A DNA stretch of 63,705 bases, the filler included, from Reticulomyxa filosa (lineage: Eukaryota > Protista > Foraminifera), in assembly GCA_000512085.1 (NCBI GenBank). It is 20 parts of 20 records of this genome, joined end to end, with 100 filler letters (N's around TTAATTAATTAA, not from the genome) between each part and the next. Parts side by side here need not be neighbours in the genome. Positions count along the whole stretch, not along the records: positions 1 to 15,030 come from ASPP01005266.1; 19 more parts are not named here. One strand, given 5' to 3'. The translations under genes were made by a program, and so were the position numbers. The notes under the pieces were generated by a model. The model was not told the origin of the DNA. It ran no database searches and worked only from the letters and a program-made list of their open reading frames with translations. Below, in pieces: positions 1 to 13,205 of this stretch (positions are counted from its first letter, which is position 1; the number at the start of each line of letters is the position of its first letter).

Positions 1-37
<37 letters not shown>

Positions 38-39
38 TA
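1..39. repeat. (TAT)n microsatellite at contig start
   Basis: About 12 tandem TAT units read directly. Confidence 0.9.
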
Positions 40-139
40 TTGTTGTAATCTTCCCCCTTACGCAACAGCGCGAAACTGAGTTTTTCCTCTCCCCTTTCCT
101 CTATCTCTATCTCTCTTTTTCAATTGTTGTTGTCAAAGT

Positions 140-829
140 TTACCGAAATAAACGGTCAATAATATTGTAAGAAGTTAAAATGATAAACAATTGCAATATC
201 TTTTGAGAAATCCTTGTAATGTTATCACTTCGTGATAGTAGTTGATGCAACACTAACACCAATGCATCCACATCTGCACCCATTATCTCAAACACCACAC
301 ACTCGGCCAAACTCGACTCGTTGTCAAAATATAGCGATTCCAATGTGTTTTCTTTTGGCGTACTTCGAATATCACTCAAACTCACCACTATTTCACCCAT
401 TTCTTGGGGATGGTCATGCAAATATGATATTAGCAAACGATAAAATAGTAGCTGTTTTTGTTTTCATTGTGAAAGGACAAAACATATATACACGACATAT
501 ACATGCAAGGAGAGGGGGGGGGGAGACAGACACAAATCGACTCTTTGTTGTCATTATTACTGCACCTGATCATATGACATTGATTGAACTACTGAATTGT
601 TCGACGGAAATGGATATGGCTCGTCCAATGTTTCACGAAGACACCATCGGAAAAATGTCATTTCTTTTCGAACTGATTCCATTGCGCGCTTGATTTTGTC
701 TCGCAAACCAGTTATGTCCCGGGATAAAACACTATGCAGCTGTTGCAAGTGTGAAAAACGCTGAAGTTGTTTATATAGGCCATGAATTGATTGTGATTCT
801 GACATTTTTCCAAAGACTATTCCTTTCAC
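140..829 (-). CDS. Hypothetical multi-exon protein (partial)
   Basis: Two protein-like minus-strand ORFs (557..829 and 140..436) separated by an intron-like spacer. No recognisable motif. Confidence 0.4.
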
Positions 830-1206
830 TATTTGTTATTCACAAAAATGGAAAAAGGGGTCACAAGTTGTCCGTCTCGACGTCGAAACTTGGTATTACA
901 CTTTGTAACTTGTATAATTAATGCATTTTTGGCATTAATTCTAAATTAATTATATTGGTGCTCGACTCACAATTTTTAGTACCAGCAGTAAACTAATTAG
1001 CATGCCGAGTCATTTTCTCGTGGTTTGTATTTTTTTCTATTTGGGAACTGTAAAACCAACTTTTTTCATAATCTCCATGCCAGGCAACTGCTGACATGAC
1101 TTTAAAAAAAAACCATATAGACCTTCCTAAATATGAGTAACGCAAAAGGTACGAAAAAGGGGGAGTTTTTGAAATTGGCAATTAAACAACACAATCACTG
1201 CTTCCT

Positions 1207-4200
1207 ATGCTCAAACAGCATTCGAATGGACCCGACCATCCTTTGGGAAAAGAGGCTGAGGTGAATGAAAAGAAAATAGAAAAAGAGAAAGACGTGGTGG
1301 CTGAAGAAAACAAAACAGAAGAAAAGAAAGAAGTGAATAATGTTGTTCCAGTGAAGCGAAAAGCATTTGTGGGATTATTGAATCAAGGTGCAACATGCTA
1401 CTTGAACAGCTTGTTACAAAGCATGTATTTTACGCCCGAGTTGAGAGAAGGATTATATTCATTGTCCGATGAAGAACTGGGCGTGCAATATTTGCAAGAA
1501 ACAGAAGAGTTAGAAAACAAAATTGCGAATGGTGACTTCAAATGTAAAGAAGAAGATGTGGCCTCTTTGGTTTCTCTGGGAGTCTCGACAGCCCGAGTTT
1601 ACAAAAAAAAAAAAAAAAAGCATTATACATGTATACATATATACATGTATGTATATCAAACGCACACATTTGTATAAAAATCTACCATTAATTAAATTAT
1701 AAGGGGGTCAGGATGGGGGAAAAAAAAAAAAAAAATGCATTTTATATACGTACCCTTGAGGGTTTCCTTTTTTTTTTTAAAAAAAAAAAATAAACAAAAA
1801 CAAAACAAAACAAAACAAAAAGGCTAAACGTGCATTAGCAAAAGCAAACAATGATGTAGCCTTAGCAAAGCAGTTGTTACAAAAAGGCGAAGTTCCTTCG
1901 GTGAAAAGGGTGGTGATCCAATTGCGACAGTTGTTCGCACAGATGCAATGTGGTGATGTGGAAAGTGTATCGACGAAAGAGATAACAAAGAGCTTCGGTT
2001 GGCTAAATAAGGAAGCTACAATCCAACATGACGCGCACGAGTTGAATCGTATTCTTTTGGATGCGTTGGAACGTAGTATCGTCGACACGCCTAAAAAGAC
2101 CTTGATCAATGACATATTCCAAGGCACGACAGTCCATCGAACATTGTGTTTGGAATGCTCGAAGGTGAACGCGACCAAAGAGACGTTTTTGGACATTTTA
2201 GTGGAGGTGGAAAATCTATCGCATTTGAAGCAGTCATTGGACAAAAATGTTCAGCCAGAATTTTTCGTTGGAGACAATCAATATTTTTGTGAGCATTGCG
2301 CTCGTAAAACAGACGCAAAGCGAACCATGGCCTATCGAAAATTGCCACCGGTTTTGACTGTTTCCTTGAAGCGCTTTGTATTTGACTTGGAGTATGTTTT
2401 ATTAATATATTACATATATATTATATATGTATATATTTTATTTAAATATAAATATATACACGTATGTTTATATATATATATATTTTTTTTTTTTTTTTAT
2501 GTATAATTAGAGTTATACATAAAAAAAAAAAAAGGTTTGTGCATGTGCTTAAAAAAAAAAAAATAAAATAAAATAAAATAAAAATAGTACACTGGAACGC
2601 ATAAAATACAAGAAACCATTTGCCTTTCCATTGGTATTTGATTTTGATCCGTTCATGGAAGAAAACTTGGAACACCAAATCCATCGCACTGAGTTCGATG
2701 AGCAAATGCTGTCTGAGGCTCATAAACAAGCGGAAAAGATCGCTTGGATCGAGAAATGCGCAAGAAACAAAGAGAAGACGAAGAGAAAAAAAAAAAGATG
2801 ACCAAAATAAACAAAGTTGATTCACTTTTGCGAATCACACACACAATTTTGTTTGTTTGTTCATTTGTGTAGTATGTGTGTGTGTGTCGTGGTCAAACCT
2901 CCATTGTTAATATAAGCCTGTTGGACAAAAATGTGCGAAAAAACATGAAAGACTCAAACTCAGATGGCAATAACAAAACTCGTGATTCAGCTGCGGCTGG
3001 AAATGGAAAGGAAGTGACGAAGGACACTTTGGCGGATGAAGAGCGCACGAATAGTGACAATGCGACATCGTCTGCGGAACAAAGCACAATGAAGGCACTG
3101 ACGTTGCCTGGTCATGGCGTACCAACTGTGGAAAAACCAAGCGATTCAAATGGAGGTGATTCAAGAAGACACGACAATGTTAGTGCTAGTAATCCATGGG
3201 GATTCGAAATCAATGATTTTGCGTCTTCGGCTGAAGATGAAGAAGCAATGATTTTCGAGGCCATTCAAGCCAGTTTGGCCGCCGAGGCAGCGAGAGAGCA
3301 TGGTTATGCGGGCAACAACTCACAACAGGTGGCCGGTCAAAGTCAAACGCGTACAAATAATGAGAACCAGTCCAATTCGAAAGTGGAAACTAATAACAAT
3401 AATACCAATACCAATACCAGTGCTAATGCTAATACCAATGCGAATATCGCTACCTCAAAAGAAAGTAATAAGCCAACCAATCCATCGGAACAATTCAAAG
3501 AGCAGTCGCCGTTGAATTATCAAGAAGCACATGAATTATTTTTCAAGCATAAGCTTGGAATAGGCATATATGACTTTGAAGCCAAAGTGTGGAAGACAGT
3601 GTTGCCAATTCAAAATGACGCGACAAAACAACAAATAGTAGTGAGATATATCCACTCAGACGAGGAGAAAGGAACCGAGGTGTCGTCCTCGACTGTTGTT
3701 TTGAGCAACTGGCCGGCCAAAAATATCCAATATGACCCCTCTCTTTTCAAAGTCAATGACGGAGAAGCACTCTTAGAAAAATGGTCCCAAGATTACAAAA
3801 AAGCTACTTCAACCAATCCATCGACTACATCTACAAACGCCACCACTACAACTCAGGCACCGGTGTCCAATGCCACCCCTTCTCAACAGGCCAACAATGA
3901 CAATACAGTCCCTGCCGCGAATAACGGAGATACAACTACCACCACCGATCCAAACGAAGACGATTGGTCCAAGAAAACTGATTTCAGCAAATTTAAAGAG
4001 GTATGGCAACACAAACATAAAAAAAAACAACTTTTTTGTAGATATGATGAAATCGTTCAACCCCCCCCCCCCTTTTTTTTTTTTTAAATATGATTGTATA
4101 TGTGTGTATGTTATGTTTTTTTGACATGGATATAAAGATAGGATATTTGTGCGACAATGGAATTGTCGCGGCAGCAGAAATTCACACGTGCAAGCCAACA

Positions 4201-7200
4201 AAAATGTTCATTTATTTTATTGATGTGTGGCAACGAGTTGCTGGAGAAAAGTATACGTGGATCGATTTGCCCAATCCGAGATTGAGACCAAAGCCGACAG
4301 CCATGCCACCAGAGATCATTGGAGAATATGGCTCGGGGCCATTGAGCGTTGATACCAGCTATTCGATGACGGGAAATGATTTGACAAAGCCAATAACGCA
4401 AGTAGCGCGACCACAGCCAACATACAAACTCGAACCAAGCAAATACGATCCCAATTCCAAGAATTTGTACGTTTTGACCGGGGTCGTCATTCACAGTGGC
4501 TCTCCGTATTACGGGCATTATCACACATACATTCGTGATTTCTTATGGGAAGGGCCGCGACAAAAGACGATCACAGACAAGGAAGATGCAGAAAAGGAAA
4601 AGCAAAACAACAGGTTAGATGACCGTCAATGTGATTCATATAAGGTTTTTATAATAATGTTAATAATTTTTTAAAAAGCAAATGTCATATTTCAAAAAAA
4701 AAAAAAAAAAAAAAAAGCACGTGCATTGAAGACGCGGAGCAATATTGGTATGACTTTAACGATTCTCATGTCAGCTGGATTGACAAGAATGCAGTGGCAA
4801 AGCAGTATGGTGGAGATCATGAATGCGCATATATTTTAGTATATCGACGATGGGACCAGATGAATCCATCTCCAGTTGCCTTGCCTTTAAGTTTGCAACA
4901 GTACATTAACGAATACAACTTGAACAAAAAAGAGGATCGTATAAAGGCGGTGGAAGAAAGCAATGCGATTGAAGTGAAGATTCTGTTACCGTCATGCTTC
5001 CAAGTGAATCCTAACGATAACAGTCTAACCATGCAGCCATTTGTGGACTCTTTGTTGAAGCAATTTATTCGTACTGGACGCATGAAACAGTTAGAAATGC
5101 TGGCCACCACGGATGCATCCAGTCATAATAACGCCACACAAAGCAGCACGGCCACAGCAGCGCAGCAAAATGAAAGCGATGAAAAAGACATTGAGGAGGC
5201 ATTTATGAATGGTGCATTCCCAGAAAACTTGAACAGTAACGAAGTGGAAAGCGTTGTCGCGGAATGGTTTCGACGTCACACGTTGTATGTAAAAGTAGAC
5301 GGACGAAAACCCGCAGATACGCTGTTACCTTTGTTGAAAGAAGAATTCAAACGAGTGGCGCCGGACAATTTTGACATTGATAAATTTCAATTGCACTTTA
5401 TTGCCATTCCTCAAGACCGATTTAACCAAATTCCGTATATTGCCAGTTTGCGTCATTACAATGTCGCCACATATGTATCCAAGCAGGTTTTGCCATTGAG
5501 ACCTCTTGTTTCAGGTGTCGGCAGCGGTGGAGACCGACCGAAGAACAGTAAAAATGGTGCCTTGTCAGCTGTAGACGCGGTCAACGATCAGGGAATGGCT
5601 TCCATCGCTAAATTCTCTGCCGCGTGGACATCTGGAAAGAATTTAGCCGATGAGCACGAATCCAAGGTTTTGGAAAACGAACAACACGAAGAAAAAGAAG
5701 TGAATGAGGATGGATACCACTTTCAATTCTCGAACCGACCCACCTTAATAAGAGATATGCATTTCCAAGCGCGTATTAAATCTTGCTTTGTTTGGGATGG
5801 TAAAACTGTCAATGGTGTACCGTTCAATCTTCAAACAGCCAGGCAATGTTTTTTTTTTATTTGTTGTTGTTGTTGATTTAAAATAATATATATGTATATG
5901 TATATGTATTATTGGATTTACAGAACGGTGCAAATTTTGGTGAAGCATTATTTTGACGAGAAGGAAAAAGGAACTGGTATCTTCGAAAAGGTGCTCGCAG
6001 TAGGATTAGATTCAAGTCTAATGGACATATGGGCAGTGATTTGCAAGGAATTTCCAGTTGCAGAGTCGATTAAACTCCCAGTGTTTACATTGATGAGTGA
6101 TTCTCGCGAGGACAAACCAGACGTGGTGTGTTTTGGAAATGCGACCAATGATCGTGTCGTTGTGGATGCCATTGGAAGGTCGGACATGAATGAAAATGGG
6201 TACCACGTTGAATTGTTTCACCAAAAAGGATTTGCGCAGATGTTTAATGATTTGATGAATCCTATTCGCTATTGGTCCAGGACTTCCAAGCATAACTTAC
6301 GTGGAAATTCACCTGCTCCTTCCAATGCTGGTCGTGATGGTATGAAGAGCAATATCCCGAAAACTATTTCATACGATGATTCAGTGATCAATAACTATGG
6401 CGCGCCTGTCTCAGGTTGATTTTCAGTTTCCTTTATTTTCTGGGTCATTCATTTATTTGTGGTGTTGTTTTAACTATGTTTATATGAGGTATTGGAGGAC
6501 AAACTTTTTTTTTTTTTTTTGGTAAATGGTTGTGGTTGAACAGTCGGTTTTAGAGAACGTCCTTATCTATGTTTTGAGACCAGCGAGGGATTAGCGGCAC
6601 CGAATTCTATATCTCGTGCAGCAAATGATTGGATAGATCGTGTTCAGTATATTACTTTGACGATTGAGAATAAGGCCTCTGCAGAGCCTTCGCATGCTGT
6701 TTGGAAGGTTGCCAAACCTTATCATATACACTCACTGTTCGAAGATGCTCGCAAAAAACTGAAAATTAGTCCGTCGAAAGATATTCGCGTATGGCAAGTC
6801 CAAGACGGTACACCCTATTTGGTGAGCATCCCACACGCTTTTCGAAACAATGCAAAGCTAATATTGGAGGGAGAGCGATATGCACTACAAAATGAACGCT
6901 TGTTATGTATGAGTATAATGGACGAGAAACATGTTCAATCCGATTTTGTTGGCATGCTCTTTAAAGAACATACGTCAGTAAAGGATATGAAGCGGCAAGT
7001 ATTGCAACATTTTAAGTATAATCCCGAAGAATATAAAGAATGGGTATTGTACAATATCACATTGGACACACAAAGATTTTATCATGACGACAACACTCTT
7101 GGGGACAATAAATTTAATTGCACTAATGGAGAACACTTTTTGCTTCAAAAAGGTGTCACACCGCCGCAGCGAGTTAAAAATCATATATACATGATCACCG

Positions 7201-8224
7201 ATATTCGTGACTTGTCGAGTCCATTTGTGAATGCGGAAAAAGCTATGAGCGTACTGATGGACGGAATGCAAACAATGTATTACAGTGAAAAAATAGATGT
7301 ATTGGATAGCGAAGCTGACATTGACTTTGATGAATTGAGAAAAAAAATTCATGCTCTGGACGCACTCAAAAATAACGTGCCAACACCGCAACACTTGCTT
7401 TTGAGTTGGTATGATGCTCCATTTCATCGCCCCTATTCCTATCCATGCATATATTCGGGCAAATTAAAAGAACAGGTTTGGTTTGGTTTTTGTTTTTTTT
7501 TATGTTTATTTTTGCAAGCTACTGTAAAATACCTTTGATATACACAGAAAAAATGGACCGGCGATAAAACAGTGATGTTGGCGGTGGAAGTGCTAGCATC
7601 GCCATTGAAATTTATTTCTGAATATGCATTGTTTTTCCATGTGTTTTTAGCCCGAGTAAAACCTAAAGAAAAACAAGCAAACACTGTGGCCAACGAAACC
7701 ACTACTACCACAACATCGGATACCACCACAACTGCAACAACATCCACTACCACTGATGATAGTAAAAACAACGTTGGAGATGTAGAGTTTGAATATTGGC
7801 CTCCAGATGGATACATCCGTACTCTTTACGATGAAGGAAGTGAGAAAATTACATGGCGAGGTTTAAAAGCTCATTTGGCCCAAAAATTCCAAATTAAACT
7901 CGAACACACTTATGGAGCTGTCTATAAAATGGGAAAACAGAAATGGACAGAGTTGGAAGGATCTCATGATGGCCAAAATGAAGCTTTGGATGGAGATCCA
8001 TGGAATCTCAGAGATCAAAAACGTGACGATGAGATCATCGTTGTGTTTGAGTCATCTGAGCGTCCCTCATACTTTAATACAATGGAGAAATGGTCTGCCC
8101 ACCACTTTTTGACAGATCCAAACTAGTGCCTACTACAACTGTGTACGAAGGTGGTGAACATTCAGAATTATCAAATGCACCAAAACAGCGCCGAGAACAG
8201 CAGCTGCTAATTGCTTGGGATTAA
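1207..8224 (+). CDS. USP40: Ubiquitin carboxyl-terminal hydrolase (peptidase C19), USP40-like, multi-exon, with inserted UBA and UIM and a long C-terminal region
   Basis: Cys box GLLNQGATCYLNSLLQSMYFTPELREGLYSL..EELG; QHDAHELNRIL; two Zn-ribbon CxxC motifs (CLEC, CEHC); LPPVLTVSLKRF; His box IHSGSPYYGHYHTYIRD (~4490-4540); WYDFNDS (~4747). GT..AG introns at 1597-1822 and 2392-2587 keep the frame. The likely C-terminus ..KQRREQQLLIAWD* (8224) needs a +1 correction near 8121. The USP40 assignment rests on recalled similarity. Confidence 0.9.
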
Positions 8225-8735
8225 GAACCAAAAAACAAGAACGCACTTTTTGTGAGTGTGTGGCGCAAAATCGTTTAGGTCGTGTTACGTGGTGAATGCA
8301 TTTTTTTTTATAGTGAACCTAAAAAAGAAGCCAACGTCAAATGACGCCACATTGTATTTTCCTTGTTTCAACATTTTTTTGGGAACTATTTCAATGATCT
8401 GTCGAGTGCTTGAACAAGATTTCATTAAGACATGTTTCTTGAAATAAAATGAAAGCTTCTATTCAATATGGACATTTTTTTTTTCTCATGCTCGCGATTA
8501 TATTACAAATACTGTATTCAGGGCAGCAATGTTAAGCTGAAGCACTAGGATTTGATTATTCGCAAAACTTTGTTTTAAATAAAAACAATTTTGTGGAATT
8601 TATGAAAAAATTTTGAAAAACGTTGTTCATTGCAATATGAACAAAAGATTGCAAAGAAAGGAGCAGTAATCTCAAAGTTCTTGTGGATTGGATTTCTTGC
8701 AAAAATTTAAACAGAAAAAGGAAAAAGACTTTGAT

Positions 8736-10663
8736 TTAAATTTCCACGTCCAATATGATAAACCGATGATCGCTGCTCCACAGAGTATCTCTCATGTCTT
8801 CCACACCACCCACAGCCTTCAATCCTTTTTTCTTTTTGAAGACGTTATCACCAACAATATCAATGTGCTTGACTTTGTTGCTTTCGAACATTTCCTTGTT
8901 AACAAACATATAGTCAATCCTTTTTTTCATTGCCCATGAATTAAAAGTCCATCCATTTTCACAAGTTTTGCGTTCAGTTTTGTCTTTAAGTAAATCCCGC
9001 ATGTTATTATCCTTCCAATATCTGTTGATGGTATTCAATTCAAAGGACAAATACGTTCGATGAGTCGTATTTGGGTCAAAGCGACCATAATCTCTGACCA
9101 AATAAATGTGTCTGGTTTGATTGTATTGTGAATGAGCTGTTGTGTTGTCAATAATTTCAATTACCGACAACAGCACAGGATCATAATTAATAAACATGGA
9201 ATGAATCCAATCATGGATATGACCTTCATAATTGAATGTTTCAAAGAGGAAATGACTTAAAGTAGCGTAATAAGCATTTTGTATATCACTGCCGTGTTCA
9301 CACTTCCCCGAAGCCTTCCATGTATCGACAAATTCATAGCCACTCAAGATATCATCACGAATCAAATCCATTTCACAATTGAAGTCGCCCATAATGACAG
9401 ATCCCAATAAATGATGCTGTTCACGTTGCAGCCTCTTTTTTGCATAGGCTCCAATCTGTGGTAAAGTGCGATTTCTCCCTGCCTCCGACAAACTTAAATG
9501 AGTAGTAAACACATCTAAAAGCGTTTGATGGTTGTGTCGAGTGTCGGGTTGAGCCAAAGAAAGATCAACCGTAATTCCAAGTAATAAGCGCTGATGAAAA
9601 TCCAAAGCGTCAGAAATGTCTCTATGCAAGAGTAGCTTATGTGTTTTCACAATTGGAAAGCGAGAAAGCAAGGCCAGTCCTTCACTCACCACATGTTCAG
9701 GAGCTTGTTCCGGCGCCAATTCCTTAAAAAACATAGCCGGCCAAGAATAAAACTGCCACGTGCTCATCGACATTGTCGATGGCACCTTTGCAATGTCCGT
9801 ATCACAAACAAGCTGATCGTCATCATTTGCAAGCATACCCTCCCCTTCTCCTTGTCGAAAGTATGACAAGCCATTGAACAAATCATACAACTGAAACGAG
9901 TGTAACAGCTGTGGATCGTCATTGGGATACGGCTTTGTAAAGTATTGCACGCGGGTGCGTAGCTCTTGCACACCGACAAGGTCAGGCTGATATTGGTGCA
10001 ACACTTGATCCAACAATGGCAGTCTGTCAAGCCAATAGTGGTAGTTCCACAAGTTTATAGACATTATGCGGATTTGCTTTTTTTTTTGACAAAATGAAAC
10101 AGATGCAACGAAGACATAAACAACGAGGTAATACACCAGCGTTGCTCGTGTGTCATCGTTAGGTGCAAGACCACGTTTTGTTTGTGCGTCTCCTCTTCCT
10201 CTTTCTCATTGCTGTGGCTCTCAACTTTTTTCGAGCCACTCCGAAACACAAACAATGTCATGTTCAATATTGTCGTGCTCATGTACACTTGCTTTTGTAC
10301 GTCGTAATGGTAGCCTTGAATTGGAGAGTTTGAATACCGTGTCGTTAATTGCACCAACTTTGGAATCTTTTGCGTCTCCGCAAATTCCAGCGTGTCCACG
10401 CTATGGATCGTGCGCAAAGACACGTCTCTCACGTTCCAAAACGCTCGCAGAAAACTCAAAGAGTGGTTCAAGGCCCATAGCACTGCCATACTTGCGGATT
10501 CTTTGTACTCCGCATCTGTTGGCAAAATCACTGTAGGGGGCAAAGAAGGATAAGGTCGTCTGTCTACTTGAGAATTTGTGCGATGTGAACGCATAGAGGA
10601 AATAAACAACAATATTAAACAGGCCAAGGAAAATGAGGATAGATAATACAGTGATTTCATCAT
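8736..10663 (-). CDS. Endonuclease/exonuclease/phosphatase (EEP) family protein with N-terminal signal anchor
   Basis: IMSINLWN, DLVGVQE, GLALLSRFPI, TTHLS, MGDFN, RIDYMF and SDH are the EEP catalytic set. The upstream ORF 10064..10663 has a hydrophobic N-terminus and joins through a frameshift in the T-run near 10078-10088. Confidence 0.85.
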
Positions 10664-10907
10664 CGTTCAATTAATTATTTTTTTAGTTAATTAATTATTA
10701 AAAGGGAAACGCCAAAAGCCTTTAAATTTATTTTTTTTGGAAAGTTTTGTTAAAAATTTAAAGGTTTGGCCAATTGCTGTGAAAGCTGTTAAAAAATTTT
10801 TTTGATGCAATGTACATTTGGTAAAATGCTATTAACTTGTTACAAAATCAATTAAAGAAGAATTCAGTTGACAACTCGATTTATTTTTTTATACTAATAA
10901 AAAATCC

Positions 10908-13205
10908 TCATTCGGATAAACATGAAGAAGTGAGTTCAAACCATCCTTTTGGTCGAGGTATTGTACCAGGATTGAAAAACGGTGCAATAATAAGCCAATA
11001 AAAATCTTCAACTACTTCATTTTTGATAATCCCATCCTCAGAAGGCTGTTCTATCTCTCCATGTTTTCCATACTCAGTGCCATCAAAACTCGCCCGTAGC
11101 GATGGATAATGATTGATCTCGACAAGCCAGGGTTGCAAGTCACAATCAAAGATAATGTCATATCCAAAAATATGATACACTCCAACATTTTGAGAAGGAT
11201 TGAGTTGTGATTTTACCATTGTAACGGTTTCGTAACATAGTCGATGGCAAGATTTCCACATAGTGTGGTACTGAGGATTGACAGTAATAGTGTCTGCTGT
11301 GAATGGCAGTCTCACATTTGGATTGTAGTTGAGTAGTTTGTGATCACACTGTGCACTTGGATCAGGATCATTGGCATCATATGGTTTAGATAAGACAGCC
11401 CATACACCTTTTCGATGTAAAAAAATGCGAATGTCATGCGTGACTAAAACGTACAACCTCAACACAGCTTTTCGACCGTCCTATATTTATTTAGCGATAT
11501 TTAAGATGCTTCTTTTTTTTTTTTTTGGAGTGCAAAAAAAAAAAGGAGTTGCTATTCTTTTTTAAAATGAAATAATACAAGTAAATGTGGTCTTTGTACG
11601 GATTTTTGGATAACCCACTGCTCGGGGTGTTCAATTTCATCATATTTCTCTTTCATTGATTCCAGAGATAGATAACTAAATACTGCTTTTTGACATGCAG
11701 CACCATTCTTTTTTAAAAACCACATAGGATCAGTCTCTGGTTCTTCTTTTGGCTCGTTCATCAACTCCTCTTTGTTCTTCTTAAGATTAATGCCAAGAGC
11801 ATTGTTTTCTTTTTCATTTGTATACTCTTTTGCTTTCGTTGCATGTTTCTTGCTCGATTTTCTGTATTTCATTGCATCCTCTAAAGTTAAAAAAGTTGGA
11901 GGCATATAATGTTGTAAATTGTGGTTCACCAGCAGCAAATATAACATCTTTTTGTTATCCAACAATTGAGTTACTACACGAGGCATTTGAGAAAGAGCAC
12001 CTCGTTTGTCACCATATACGGAACCTTTTCCCCGTTTTTTTTAAATAGAAAAACACATTTGTGTCAATTTCTTCTGTCTTCCCTTTGCTCAGAAACTTAA
12101 AACTGACCCGACGACCAATATGTGAAGTCACATGGTATGTTGCTCTTTGGGCTTTGGGCTACCCAGCCATTTTGAACCAACAAGCGTGACAAGTGCAAAC
12201 TGCGATTGGTGAGAAATGTTCTTTGTTGTGATGTCATCAAACTTTTTCTGAAATTGATTTTTTTGTTGGGTGAAATCAATATGGCTTCATTCATGCGTTT
12301 TTCGACTTGTGTCTTTAAACTTGCAATTGCCACTCTTTTGCGAGTGACTGCCAAAAAATCGGCAATTTTTTCCTCATTATCTGTTGGCAACTGCTTAGCT
12401 TTGTTTTCAGCCAAAATCGGTTCTCGAACTCTTTGGGAGGTCGGTTTTTTTCCTGCCAACGACTTAAGATATTTTGGGAAAATAAAAACAGACCAACTGA
12501 ATTCAAAACTAACCAAGACAACAAAAAAGGAAATTTGGTCAGAGCATTTTGCAATATTTGATTAACAATTTCTTCTCTGCTTTTATTGCCAACAGCAATT
12601 CTCTGTTTAATCCTTTGCTTTACTTGAACAAGGTATTCGTCAAGAGATTTGGTCTGTCTTTTAGGTTCAATATCAGTTTTCGGTATTGAAACAGATTTAG
12701 AACGTGTTGAACGTGGTTTCTATGAAACACATCAGAAACCCGTTTTGTTTTTTGAAGAGATATCGTATAAAAAATTAACACGTCATACCGTTTTTGGAAC
12801 ATGTGCGCTATCTCTGCTAAACAAAGGCCAACAAAATTTGTAAATACTTTGATATATTAGTAATTAATTGAACACAAACTGAAATAATACCTTTGTTTAA
12901 GCTTGTATTGTTGCTTGACTTTCGTTTTTGGTTCTTGTTTAGCGTTGCTCGTTTCTTGGTGTTTGTTCTTACCAGGATTTGAAGCAACGCCCGGATGCTT
13001 ATCTCTTTCAATTACTGGTATTTTTTTTTCTGAACCAAGAATAAAAAAATGTCGAGTTTTTATTGAATATTGTGATCCTACAAAAAACAAATGATACGAA
13101 AAATATACTTTCTTTCGAGATATTACCAGTTGGTTTCATCAATAATGGTGATGTTATTCCCTTACTTTGTGTATAATCCTGGTTTGTCACGGATGGATGC
13201 ACCAC
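10908..13205 (-). CDS. Tubulin-tyrosine ligase (TTL/TTLL, ATP-grasp) family protein, multi-exon; 5' extent uncertain
   Basis: YMPPTF, WFLKK, VIQKSV.RPHLL-(intron)-DGRKAVLRLYVLVT and FGYDIIFDCDLQPWLVEINHYPSL (E-x-N). Further plausible exons upstream to ~13205. Confidence 0.85.
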
